Origin: Caldimicrobium sp.
Lineage (GTDB): Bacteria; Desulfobacterota; Thermodesulfobacteria; Thermodesulfobacteriales; Thermodesulfobacteriaceae
Direction: 5' to 3'
Length of the DNA stretch: 64,000 nt
Assembly (NCBI GenBank): GCA_037443245.1
Contig: JBBIOT010000001.1
Location: forward strand, 436,572 to 500,571
This document shows, piece by piece, positions 28,144-37,144 of the stretch. Below the pieces are notes generated by a model. It was given only the letters and a program-made list of their open reading frames with translations, had not been told where the DNA came from and made no database searches. The first letter of the stretch is position 1. Each line of letters opens with the position of its first letter. A program made the position numbers and the translations under genes.

Positions 28144-29780
28144 AGATCCTTTTCCGAAAGGACCTTTTTTAATCTTTCCGCAAGGATCAATCTTTTGGAG
28201 GGCCTCTGGGATTTTAAAAAGCTCTCCACCTCTTTCCTTTCTTCCTCTTCTTTAAGAGCTTTAACGGAAACCTTAATTCTTCTTTTTTCAGGCTCCAAGG
28301 AAATAATCTTTACCTCTAAGGCCTCCCCTTCCTTATATTTTTCCCCCTCCCTAACTTCTTCTAAAGGTAAAAAGGCCTGAATTTCTGAAGATAAAGAAAG
28401 TATATAGCCTCTACCTGGCAATATTTTTTTCACCACTCCTGAAACCCTTTCGCCAACTGGCCATTTTTCCTTCGCTAACTCCCAAGGATCGGGTTGAAGG
28501 GCCTTGAGGCTGAGTTTCAATTTACGAGCTAAAGGATCAAGTTCTAAAATCTTGGCCCTAACTTCCATCCCGAGGGAGAATTTTTCTTCCAAGTTGCTTT
28601 CCCTTTGCCAGCTTGTTTCGGCTTTAGGAACAAACCCCCTTACCCCAGGAAGGACTTCAATAAAGAGACCAAAATCTGTTATTCCCTCTATCCTACCCAC
28701 TACTTCATCGCCAACCCCATGCTTTTGAGAAAATCCTTCCCAAGGATCCTCTTCAAGCCTCTTAAGGCTAAGGATCATTCGCCTTTTGTCTTCATCTATT
28801 TCCGTAAGCAAAACCTCAACCCGATCACCCTCCTTAAGAACCTCCCAGGGTTTTAGACCTTTCCGCCAGGTCAACTCACTGGCAGGAATTAGCCCTTCTA
28901 CCCCAGGTTCTATTTCCACCAAGGCTCCAAAGGGCTTAACCTCAACTACCGTCCCTATTACTCGAGTATCCACATGATATCTTTTAGAAATTCCTTCCCA
29001 AGGGTCTTTTGCTAGAGCTTTAAGGCTTAATCTAAATCTTTGCTTTGAAAGGTCATGCTCTAAAACTAAAACTTTTACTTCATCACCTATTTTTAAATAC
29101 TCTTCCGGATTGGACAATCGGCGGTAGGTCAATTCTGAAAAGGGTAAATATCCAATTACTAAGCCCTCCAATTCCACTAAGAAACCTCCAGGTACGTGCG
29201 ATTTCACTTTGCCCAAAAGGGGTTGTTTTTGGTTAATTCTAGCTAAAAGTGCCCTCATCCGTTCTTCTTTTTCCTTTTCTAAATAAGCTTTTTGAGAAAC
29301 TACAAAGGTCTCGCCTTCTACCTTTTGGGCTAATACTGTGATAGCCTGTCCGATGAGATCTTGCCTTTTATCTGCCTGTGATCCAGGTAAAAAGCCCTCT
29401 AACAGGTCTTTATAATTTACTCGGTATCCTCCCTTTATTTGAGAAACTACCTTAACTTGAAAGGGACTTTTTTGAGCTAAAAACTCCGAAAGTTCCTCCT
29501 TAGCTTTCCTTTTCCAAAGCTTGAGGACGGAAAGCAAATAATTTCCCTGCGGAGTTTGGCCTATAACTTGGGCTTCCACTTCAGAGCCAGGTTGTAAGGT
29601 CAAAGAAAAGGAAGGCAATTCTGACTTGGGAAGGATGGCTTCAGCTTTTCCTCCTATATCAACATAAACATTTTCTTGATCCTCATGCACAACTATGCCC
29701 TTTACCAGCTCACCAGCCCGAAAAGAGCCTTGACCTTGCAAAAAATAGCTTTCTAAAAGTTCGGAAAAATTTTCTCTCAT
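28140..29780 (-). CDS. rpsA: 30S ribosomal protein S1
   Basis: 546 aa with six tandem S1 OB-fold repeats (G..V.G.V..I..FG.FV pattern). Confidence 0.9.
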   Translation of the reverse strand: MRENFSELLESYFLQGQGSFRAGELVKGIVVHEDQENVYVDIGGKAEAILPKSELPSFSLTLQPGSEVEAQVIGQTPQGNYLLSVLKLWKRKAKEELSEFLAQKSPFQVKVVSQIKGGYRVNYKDLLEGFLPGSQADKRQDLIGQAITVLAQKVEGETFVVSQKAYLEKEKEERMRALLARINQKQPLLGKVKSHVPGGFLVELEGLVIGYLPFSELTYRRLSNPEEYLKIGDEVKVLVLEHDLSKQRFRLSLKALAKDPWEGISKRYHVDTRVIGTVVEVKPFGALVEIEPGVEGLIPASELTWRKGLKPWEVLKEGDRVEVLLTEIDEDKRRMILSLKRLEEDPWEGFSQKHGVGDEVVGRIEGITDFGLFIEVLPGVRGFVPKAETSWQRESNLEEKFSLGMEVRAKILELDPLARKLKLSLKALQPDPWELAKEKWPVGERVSGVVKKILPGRGYILSLSSEIQAFLPLEEVREGEKYKEGEALEVKIISLEPEKRRIKVSVKALKEEEERKEVESFLKSQRPSKRLILAERLKKVLSEKDL

Positions 29781-29819
29781 AGAAATCCGCCTAAATATCC
29801 TTCATTATATTTTATCTTC

Positions 29820-31109
29820 TTAAAATAACAACTTTTGAGCCAGGAGAATCTCTTTTACTAACTCTATTTCCTCTTCCTTGGATTTGATAGAACCTTCCAA
29901 TCTTTTCTCCCTCAAAAACCTAAGGAGTTCTCCCAAGTTCTTCCCTTCAAGTAGGCCAAGTTGTTGCAAATCCTTCCCTGTCAATTCAGGCTTCACATAC
30001 CGATACCTTTGAAGAAAAATTTTTATCTCTTCCCAAAGATCTTCAAAATAAACAGCCACCGCAACTAAAAAGGACGGGGGAAATTTTTCTAAAAAAAAGA
30101 CCCGATCTCCTAAGGATAATTTTGGCAACTCCAGGGACTTTTCTTTAAAGATCTGCCATTTGTTTAAGAGCTTGCTAATTTGGGCATCCGTAAAAAATAA
30201 TCTCTTTAAATTTTCCCTCTTAAACCCCGAAAGAAGAAGCAAAAAGGCTTCTTCCTTTTCTTCTTCGGAGAGTTCTGCTTTTAGTTCAAGGAGAAATTTT
30301 ATACCCCTTTCAACTCTTGGCAGGTCTAATTCTAAACCCGAAAGGACAAAAAGGTTAAACCTCTTGCTAAGGTCAAGTAAACGAGGTAAAAGCATTAAAT
30401 CCTCTTTTCTTATGTACAGTTGAAGTTCATTACGAAGCCTTGAAGAAGAAAGCCTTTGGAAAGCCTTTTCTTTCTTTGCTTCTCTAAGGGCCTCTCTAAA
30501 ATCCGAACTTTCCTTGAAGTTTAAACGCGCCAGATAGCGAATCCCCCTAAAGGCCCTGGTAGGATCATCTACAAAACTTTTTTTATGAAGAGGTCTTAAC
30601 AAACCGGCCTTAAGGTCTGATAAACCACCAACCAAGTCCACCACCCTCTCGGCAAAAGGGGGAGTTAAACCATAAATTAAAGCGTTAATGGTAAAATCTC
30701 GCCGCCAAATATCTTCCCTAAAAGTAGCGGGGTAAACCTTGGGTAGAGCGGCTACCTCTTCGTAAACTTCTCCTCGGGAAGAGGCTAAATCAATCGTTAG
30801 GCCAGCTGAGGGTAAAGATAGTTTATAAGTTAAAAAAGGAGTAGAAAATATCACTAAAACACCGCACCTTTTTTTTAAAGACTCCACAAACTCACTGATC
30901 TCTCCTTCAATGACCAAGTCTAGGTCTAAGGAAGGCCGATTAAGAAAAAAATCCCTTATTTGTCCTCCCGCTAAGTATAAAAATTTTTTTTGCTCTTGCG
31001 CAATCTCTTTGGCTATTTCTAAAAATTCTCTAACCCTTTGAGTAAGGCCCAAACGAGCTACAAATTCTAAAAAGGGGAGGTCTATGGTTATTATTTGGTT
31101 ATCCTGCAT
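29820..31109 (-). CDS. cca: CCA-adding enzyme / poly(A) polymerase family nucleotidyltransferase
   Basis: 429 aa. LAGGQIRDFFLNRPSLDLDLV head-domain motif and RRDFTINAL. Consistent with all three tRNA genes lacking an encoded CCA. Confidence 0.8.
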   Translation of the reverse strand: MQDNQIITIDLPFLEFVARLGLTQRVREFLEIAKEIAQEQKKFLYLAGGQIRDFFLNRPSLDLDLVIEGEISEFVESLKKRCGVLVIFSTPFLTYKLSLPSAGLTIDLASSRGEVYEEVAALPKVYPATFREDIWRRDFTINALIYGLTPPFAERVVDLVGGLSDLKAGLLRPLHKKSFVDDPTRAFRGIRYLARLNFKESSDFREALREAKKEKAFQRLSSSRLRNELQLYIRKEDLMLLPRLLDLSKRFNLFVLSGLELDLPRVERGIKFLLELKAELSEEEKEEAFLLLLSGFKRENLKRLFFTDAQISKLLNKWQIFKEKSLELPKLSLGDRVFFLEKFPPSFLVAVAVYFEDLWEEIKIFLQRYRYVKPELTGKDLQQLGLLEGKNLGELLRFLREKRLEGSIKSKEEEIELVKEILLAQKLLF

Positions 31110-31127
31110 TTTAAGCCTTGAGGATAT

Positions 31128-32015
31128 TTAAGCCCGAGGATGGTGCTTGTCGTAAGTTTCTTTAAGGCTTTGCCAATCAAGATGGGTGTAAATTTGGGTA
31201 GTCCGCAAACTGCTATGGCCTAAAAGGAGTTGAATGCTACGCAGATCTGCTCCTCCTTCCAAGAGATGGGTAGCAAAGGAATGACGGATAACATGGGGGG
31301 TGACCTTTTCCTTAGGAAGATTGGCCTTTTCTGCATATTCCTTAAGGATTTGCCAAAACCTCTGTCTGGTAAGAGGACCACCTAAGCGGTTCAAAAAAAC
31401 ATATTCTTTGCTTCTTTTAGTAACCAGCCTTGGCCTGACCTCTTCTAAATATTGGGACAGGTATTTTAAAGCGGGCTCTCCTAAGGGTACGAGCCTAACT
31501 TTACTACCCTTCCCTAAAACCCTAACTAAACCAAGCTCCAAATTTAGCGCGCCTAACTTGAGATTTACCAACTCAAAAACTCTCATACCAGTAGCATAAA
31601 GAACTTCAAGCATGCACCGATCTCTAAGACCTAAAGGCGTATTTACTTCAGGGGCCTGAAGAAGCCTTTCAATTTCTTCCAGAGTGAGAACCTTGGGAAG
31701 CCTTTGGGGAAGCTTTGGCCCTTCTAAAAGAAGATAGGGCACCTCTATTTTTAATTCTTCCAAAAGATAAATAAAAAAACTTTTTAAGCTTGAAATTTTT
31801 CGAGCCTGCGTATAGGGATTGTAGCCCCGGGAAAATAAATATCCTAAATAACCCTTAATTACCTTAGGGTCTATCTCCGAAAGCTCTAACCCTAAGCCCC
31901 AAAAATATTCCAAAAAATCTTTAATATCCCGTGCATAAGCATAAAGAGTGTGCAAAGAATATTCTCTTTTCGTTGAAAGATAAGAAAGATAAGATCTAAG
32001 CAAATCCTCTTTCAT
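31128..32015 (-). CDS. tyrosine recombinase XerC/XerD family
   Basis: 295 aa. SAM-like N-domain, catalytic R...HxxR (HVIRHSFATH)...GHSSLRTTQIYTH. Confidence 0.9.
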   Translation of the reverse strand: MKEDLLRSYLSYLSTKREYSLHTLYAYARDIKDFLEYFWGLGLELSEIDPKVIKGYLGYLFSRGYNPYTQARKISSLKSFFIYLLEELKIEVPYLLLEGPKLPQRLPKVLTLEEIERLLQAPEVNTPLGLRDRCMLEVLYATGMRVFELVNLKLGALNLELGLVRVLGKGSKVRLVPLGEPALKYLSQYLEEVRPRLVTKRSKEYVFLNRLGGPLTRQRFWQILKEYAEKANLPKEKVTPHVIRHSFATHLLEGGADLRSIQLLLGHSSLRTTQIYTHLDWQSLKETYDKHHPRA

Positions 32016-32518
32016 GAGCCTATTTCCTTTAATAAATTTTCTATCTGAAAGAGAACCTTAGGATCCGTTAAAGTATAACGAAGGGACTTAAATCTATGCC
32101 CCAAGATTTGTAAATCCTCAGATGAAAATTGAGACAAGTTATTCTTCACAAACTCTAATACCCTCAAGATAAGTTCTTTATCTTTACTATCTAAAAAAAG
32201 AAGCAAGGCCAAAACATCAAGAGGTAAACCAAATTTTTCCAAAAACTCTAAAGCCATTTTTTTAAATTCCCTTTTACCGATGTGTTGAGAAAGCTTTTTT
32301 AAAGCCTCCTCTCGTTCATGATCCTTTTTGTTCTGAAAGAGCTTTTCTAACTCTTTCAAATATTCTTTTTTAGCAGATTCTTGAGCTCTATTGGCCTTAA
32401 ACCTTTCTTCTCTTTCCATTTTACTTCTTACCTTGGCAAAACCACTCCGATCCTTGAGCTTATCAATTTCTCGCCAGCTCAATTTCTTTTTTTCCTCAGC
32501 CATTTCTTCTCCCTCCAA
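32012..32518 (-). CDS. hypothetical protein, highly charged
   Basis: 168-aa K/E-rich ORF with a 4-nt overlap with the xer gene. No recognisable motif. Confidence 0.5.
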   Translation of the reverse strand: MEGEEMAEEKKKLSWREIDKLKDRSGFAKVRSKMEREERFKANRAQESAKKEYLKELEKLFQNKKDHEREEALKKLSQHIGKREFKKMALEFLEKFGLPLDVLALLLFLDSKDKELILRVLEFVKNNLSQFSSEDLQILGHRFKSLRYTLTDPKVLFQIENLLKEIGS

Positions 32519-32528
32519 AAAAGGCCTT

Positions 32529-33194
32529 TTAGACCTGGAAAATAACCCTATCTGGGAGCATAAGGGCTGTCAATTTTCCACCATAAACACACCCCGTATC
32601 TATACCGATCCTATCTTCAAGAAGTAAGATCTCAGGAAAGGGAGTGTGACCAAACACGATGGTCTTGGCAAATTTCCCTTCATAAAAATAAAAGCTTTGT
32701 CTTATCCAAAGTAAATCCATTTCCGTTTGTTCGGAAAGACTTTTCCGGGGATTGATCCCCGCATGGACAAAAAGATAATCTGGCATCTCAACAAAAAGGG
32801 GAAGGGATTTAAAAAAATTCATGTGCTCTTCGGGGATAGTTAGTTGGCCTTCCTTAGTATAGCTTCGCAAGGTCTTATCTCCTCCGTTAAAGAGGAATAC
32901 TTCGGGCTCTATCCCCTTTAAAAACCGCAAAAACATCCATTCATGATTCCCCATAAGCGGTATCACCTTGCCCGGATAGGAGTTTACAAGCTCAAGAATT
33001 ATCTCTACAACCCTTTTCGGATCTTCCCCGCGGTCTATATAATCACCGAGAAAGATTAAATAATCTTCCTTCCAACGGATGGGTAATTTAGATAGAAGGG
33101 CCTCTAATTTTGAGGCACAGCCATGAATATCTCCCACCGCAAAAAGCTTAGTCCCAGAAGCGAGCCCTTCTATCGTCAAGCCTTTTAAGGCCAT
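32529..33194 (-). CDS. metallophosphoesterase (PP1/ApaH-like Ser/Thr phosphatase family)
   Basis: 221 aa with GDIHG, GDYIDRG, GNHE and GHT motifs. Confidence 0.85.
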   Translation of the reverse strand: MALKGLTIEGLASGTKLFAVGDIHGCASKLEALLSKLPIRWKEDYLIFLGDYIDRGEDPKRVVEIILELVNSYPGKVIPLMGNHEWMFLRFLKGIEPEVFLFNGGDKTLRSYTKEGQLTIPEEHMNFFKSLPLFVEMPDYLFVHAGINPRKSLSEQTEMDLLWIRQSFYFYEGKFAKTIVFGHTPFPEILLLEDRIGIDTGCVYGGKLTALMLPDRVIFQV

Positions 33195-34074
33195 ATTTTT
33201 TTGCCCAGCCTAAGGCTCTATTCCATTCTTCTCTGGTAATCTTACGATCCAAGGGAGGATACTCAAAGGCCTCTCCACAAGGGCGATACTGGTCCATCAG
33301 GTTAAAGTAAGTATCCTTAGAAATTTCTTCCGCCACAAACTTTATTACTTCTTCCGTTTGGGAAAGATCTCCGGGTAAAACTAAATGTCTAACGATTAAC
33401 CCGCGCTTAGCAAGGCCATTTTCCACAATAAGGTCCCCTACTTGACGGTGCATCTCCTTGACTGCGAATTTCACCACCTGGGGATAATTTTTTATCTTGG
33501 AAAGTTTAAAGGCTATCTTCTCATCCAAATATTTTATGTCGGGCATGTAAATATCTATAATACCATCAAGAAGTTTAAGAGTTTCTACCGATTCATAGCC
33601 CCCGCAGTTGTAAACTATGGGAAGGTCTAAACCTCCTTCCGCTGCCATCTTTATCGCCTTAACAATAAAAGGAATTTGATGGGTAGGAGTAACAAGGTTA
33701 ATATTATGACAGCCCCACATCTTTAATATTAGCATAATTTTGCCTAAGGTCTCTTCATCAATCTCTTCCCCTTCCCCTTCATGGCTAATTTCCCAATTCT
33801 GACAATAGACGCAGGACATATTGCAATAGGTAAAAAAAATAGTGCCTGAGCCTCCCTGGCCCACCAGAGGTCTTTCTTCACCAAAATGGGGACCATAGCT
33901 TGCTATCATTGGTTTTATCCCTACCCGACAAAAGCCCTTCTCATTGGAGAGCCGATCAACTTTGCATTCGTGAGGACATATTCGGCAGGGACTTAACCTT
34001 TCATAAAGGGCTTCAATCCGTCGATCTAGTTCCCCACTTTCCAAAAGTCTTAAATAAGATGGATAATCAGCCAT
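33148..34074 (-). CDS. radical SAM protein, PflX (COG1313)-like
   Basis: 308 aa. CNMSCVYCQNW CxxxCxxC cluster, plus an N-terminal CRICPHEC...C cysteine motif. Confidence 0.8.
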   Translation of the reverse strand: MADYPSYLRLLESGELDRRIEALYERLSPCRICPHECKVDRLSNEKGFCRVGIKPMIASYGPHFGEERPLVGQGGSGTIFFTYCNMSCVYCQNWEISHEGEGEEIDEETLGKIMLILKMWGCHNINLVTPTHQIPFIVKAIKMAAEGGLDLPIVYNCGGYESVETLKLLDGIIDIYMPDIKYLDEKIAFKLSKIKNYPQVVKFAVKEMHRQVGDLIVENGLAKRGLIVRHLVLPGDLSQTEEVIKFVAEEISKDTYFNLMDQYRPCGEAFEYPPLDRKITREEWNRALGWAKKYGLKRLDDRRARFWD

Positions 34075-34085
34075 CCTAAATTCTT

Positions 34086-35078
34086 TTATTTAAAAGTAAT
34101 AAATTCCATCCAGTGTCTAACGATGGGAGGTTTCTTTAATAAACGGGAAAAATTAAAATAACAACCCGTACAGGCGGTAGCTAAAAAATCTTTTCCTTGC
34201 AATAGACCATACCATTTTAAACGATAGGCCTTTGGAAAACCCTTTAACCAAAGATCAAGCCTTCCTGACCCGCAACAAAAATCCTTTAATACATTAATAA
34301 AACCTCTTTCTTGTAAAGTCAAGTCTAAGTTAAGGTGACAGGGGCGATGATAGAGAATTTTTTCCTCAGACTCCCAGGTAAAATTCTTTTGGAAAAATCT
34401 TCTTACAAAATCAAGGACAAAGTAGGTCCTCCTGGATAAAGACCCAAATTCTTCACCTAACAAAGGATAAACCTCCTTAAACATCCAAAGGCAGGTCGCA
34501 CAAAAGGTAATAACTGGCTTATCTTGACTAAAAAGAGCCAGATTTCTCAAAGCAAATTCTTTAAGCTTGGAAAAATTTTTCCAACCTAAAGCCAAAATGC
34601 CACAACAATTAGCTTGGGGGACATGAATTTTGACCCCCAGAGCTTGGGAAAGATCCACAAAGGATCTCAAAGCCTGCGGATAGAGATGAAAAAGACCGCA
34701 CGAAAGATAAAGATAAACATCTCCCCAGTTTTTACTTAAGACTGTAGAAAATTCTAAGTTAATTTGGGTAGTAAAAAAATCCTTCCAAAAAAAGGAATCC
34801 CTTGGGATAGGCCAAAAATTTGAACCACCCTTTAAAAGGCTTTGGAGATAAGCTCTAGGGAAGCTTACTCGGAGAGGACAAACCCTTTCGCACCTTCCGC
34901 AAAGTAAACAGTAATTGAAAGACTCGGTAAGGCTTTTCTCCTGAGGCAACCCTTGGATAAGGAGAAAGTTCCTTCCTCGTGGAGAAAAGTCCTCTCTTTT
35001 GAAGATTTGATAACTCGGACAGTGAGGATTACATTTTCCACAGCGAACACAAATTTCAGGAGGACTCGGAGGTATCAA
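34086..35078 (-). CDS. (Fe-S)-binding protein with CCG domains (GlcF/HdrD/LutA-like)
   Basis: 330 aa. Two ferredoxin-type motifs, CVRCGKCNPHCP and CLLCGRCERVCP, followed by CCG-type cysteine motifs (NCCG, FCCGSG). Confidence 0.75.
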   Translation of the reverse strand: MIPPSPPEICVRCGKCNPHCPSYQIFKREDFSPRGRNFLLIQGLPQEKSLTESFNYCLLCGRCERVCPLRVSFPRAYLQSLLKGGSNFWPIPRDSFFWKDFFTTQINLEFSTVLSKNWGDVYLYLSCGLFHLYPQALRSFVDLSQALGVKIHVPQANCCGILALGWKNFSKLKEFALRNLALFSQDKPVITFCATCLWMFKEVYPLLGEEFGSLSRRTYFVLDFVRRFFQKNFTWESEEKILYHRPCHLNLDLTLQERGFINVLKDFCCGSGRLDLWLKGFPKAYRLKWYGLLQGKDFLATACTGCYFNFSRLLKKPPIVRHWMEFITFK

Positions 35079-35640
35079 CCTTGATCAACCTCTCCAGCCA
35101 CCAGGAGCACCATTCTGTCTCCAGGATGGCTTCCGCCAATCTTTTACTCTCTTCTAAGATTAGCCTTCTTTTGGCATATCTCAACCATCTCTCCGCATAG
35201 GGGTTATTAAGATCTCTTTGCTCTTTCAATTGAAGCATAAGATCCAGTGTGTCAGCATCATGCACAATCTTAGCTTCTAAACTCTTCAGAGCACGGTACT
35301 CTTGGAAGAGCTTCAAAATCTCTTCCTGAAAAGAAAATCCAGAAAGAGCCTCCTCTAAAGCCCACTCTTCCTTAGCGCTATTATAAAGTTTATTGACCGC
35401 ATTAAAATCACCTACCCGAGCCTCAGGAAAATCGTGAAAAAGGGCCATTAAAAGAGCCTTTTTAAGGTCTACTTGCTGAGGAAATAATTGACAGAGAATG
35501 TAGGTGCAAAATAAAGTTCCAAAGGAATGGCAAGCCACCGTTTCCTTTCCGGTCCCAAGGTAGGTATAACCAGTCCTTTCAATCCTTTTTAAATGATTGG
35601 CTTCAAAAAGAAGCTTAGCCAGTTTATGATAATAACTCAT
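35056..35640 (-). CDS. HD-domain phosphohydrolase (YfbR-like)
   Basis: 194 aa. H...HD (LFHDFPEARVGD)...D metal ligands. Confidence 0.75.
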   Translation of the reverse strand: MSYYHKLAKLLFEANHLKRIERTGYTYLGTGKETVACHSFGTLFCTYILCQLFPQQVDLKKALLMALFHDFPEARVGDFNAVNKLYNSAKEEWALEEALSGFSFQEEILKLFQEYRALKSLEAKIVHDADTLDLMLQLKEQRDLNNPYAERWLRYAKRRLILEESKRLAEAILETEWCSWWLERLIKVDTSESS

Positions 35641-36494
35641 TTTAGGTTCTTAGATAAATAGGCTGATACCTTTAGGATAATTTTAGCGGCCAAATATTCG
35701 GTCATGGGTGGATCTAAAAAAGGCCTCACTTCCACAATATCCATCGCCACAGGTTTTGCGGACATAAAATTTGCCAAAATTTTAAGTAGGTCCTGCCAGG
35801 TAAGGCCTCCTGGTTCAGGTGTACCAACTCCTGGGGCCAAGGATGGATCAAGCACATCCATATCAAGGCTTAAATAGGCTGGCCCCTCGCTTAAGAATTG
35901 ACTAACCCTTTCTAAAACCCCTTCTTTATCTTTAAAAAATTCTTCGGCCAAAACAATCCTTTCCCTTTCCTTGATGAAGGTGTCCTTTTCTTCTAGAGAG
36001 ATCGCCCTTAGGCCAAGACTAAAAATAGGAACCCCAAGCTCGCTAATTCTTTTCATCACCGTGGCATGGTTTAGTTTGCTATTAAGATAACTATCCCTTT
36101 GATCTAAATGGGCATCAAGATGAAGGATCCTGAGATTGGGATAAATTTCCCGATAAGCTAAAATAATCGGATAAGTAATGGTATGTTCCCCACCCAAATA
36201 GATTGCGAAACAACCCTTTCGGGCATGATGTTTAGCTAAGGCTTCCACCTGAGAAAGGGCTTCGTTAAAAGCTAAGGAAGGTTCCCACAGAGGTTCGGTA
36301 TAAAATCCTACGATTTCGTGAGGTGCAAGTAAGAGCTCTTCATCAAAAAATTCTAAATTAGGACTGACTTTTAGGATTTCTTGGGGAGCAAATTTTGTAC
36401 CTTTCAGCCAGGTAGTCGTAAATTCAAAGGGGATAGGGATGATGGCTACCCGAGGATTTTCCCCATCGGGTAGCCCAAGAAAGGGAATTTTCAT
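35637..36494 (-). CDS. speB: agmatinase / ureohydrolase family
   Basis: 285 aa. Arginase-fold motifs [14 protein letters not shown] and SLDMDVLDP. Confidence 0.85.
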   Translation of the reverse strand: MKIPFLGLPDGENPRVAIIPIPFEFTTTWLKGTKFAPQEILKVSPNLEFFDEELLLAPHEIVGFYTEPLWEPSLAFNEALSQVEALAKHHARKGCFAIYLGGEHTITYPIILAYREIYPNLRILHLDAHLDQRDSYLNSKLNHATVMKRISELGVPIFSLGLRAISLEEKDTFIKERERIVLAEEFFKDKEGVLERVSQFLSEGPAYLSLDMDVLDPSLAPGVGTPEPGGLTWQDLLKILANFMSAKPVAMDIVEVRPFLDPPMTEYLAAKIILKVSAYLSKNLK

Positions 36495-36515
36495 TCTTTA
36501 AAATTTGTTACCTTC

Positions 36516-36962
36516 TCAAAGGGTTAAACTTTTTCTTTCTAAACGAATGAAATTTTCTACCGCCCTAATAGATCTTGGGAATTCTAATCCCCGATCTAAA
36601 AGTCTAACTTCACTTTTCTTGATCTCAAACATTTCGGTAATGTCCGCAATGGCCCTATCTACATCAAAGGGTTTACAGGAGAAAATATCCACGCTAAGGT
36701 ATAATTTTTCCGGGAAGGTATGAATGCTTATATGGCTCTCCGCAATGATCACAAAACCAGAAATCCCCCAATCCATGGGATCAGGAGCATAATATTTAAA
36801 CACATAAGGGGGCATGATCTTTGTCATCTCTATAACTTCGGGGTATTTGTTCAAAAAATCAAAAATAAAATCAAGATCCCTAAGTTTTTCCTGATTTGCC
36901 CCATAACCATCAATGATTAAATGTTGTCCAAAGCCATACTCCATCTTTTCGTGATTTATCAT
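36516..36962 (-). CDS. speH: S-adenosylmethionine decarboxylase proenzyme (pyruvoyl, short type)
   Basis: 148 aa with the self-cleavage motif AESHISIHTFPE. Confidence 0.85.
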   Translation of the reverse strand: MINHEKMEYGFGQHLIIDGYGANQEKLRDLDFIFDFLNKYPEVIEMTKIMPPYVFKYYAPDPMDWGISGFVIIAESHISIHTFPEKLYLSVDIFSCKPFDVDRAIADITEMFEIKKSEVRLLDRGLEFPRSIRAVENFIRLERKSLTL

Positions 36963-37058
36963 GTCCTCCCCCCCACTTATGTTCCTTACAAACGATCGGG
37001 CATAAAAATAAACCTGTTTTATTAATTGTCAAGATCCTTTAAAAAATTTTATATCTAT

Positions 37059-37144
37059 GAGGGAGAAAGAGATTTTTAAAAATGAAAGAATATGTTTCTG
37101 AACAAAAAGGATTTTTCTTGATTAATCGGAGATTTTTCTCCCTC
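37059..37144. repeat. 10-bp inverted repeat spanning the kup stop
   Basis: GAGGGAGAAA (37059-37068) and TTTCTCCCTC (37135-37144) are separated by 66 nt. On the minus-strand RNA the distal arm is followed by an A/T-rich run. Confidence 0.3.

Noticed and set aside
31128-32015. The Xer-type tyrosine recombinase as the integrase of the island.
   Set aside because: It lies 8 kb away inside a co-directional housekeeping array (cca, rpsA, sppA) and has core-like composition. It is more likely the chromosomal XerC/D.
36963-36975. A C7/G7 run at the speH ribosome-binding site as a phase-variation tract.
   Set aside because: It is simply a G-rich SD (GGGGGGGAGGAC) immediately before the ATG. A single copy with no supporting evidence is not enough.
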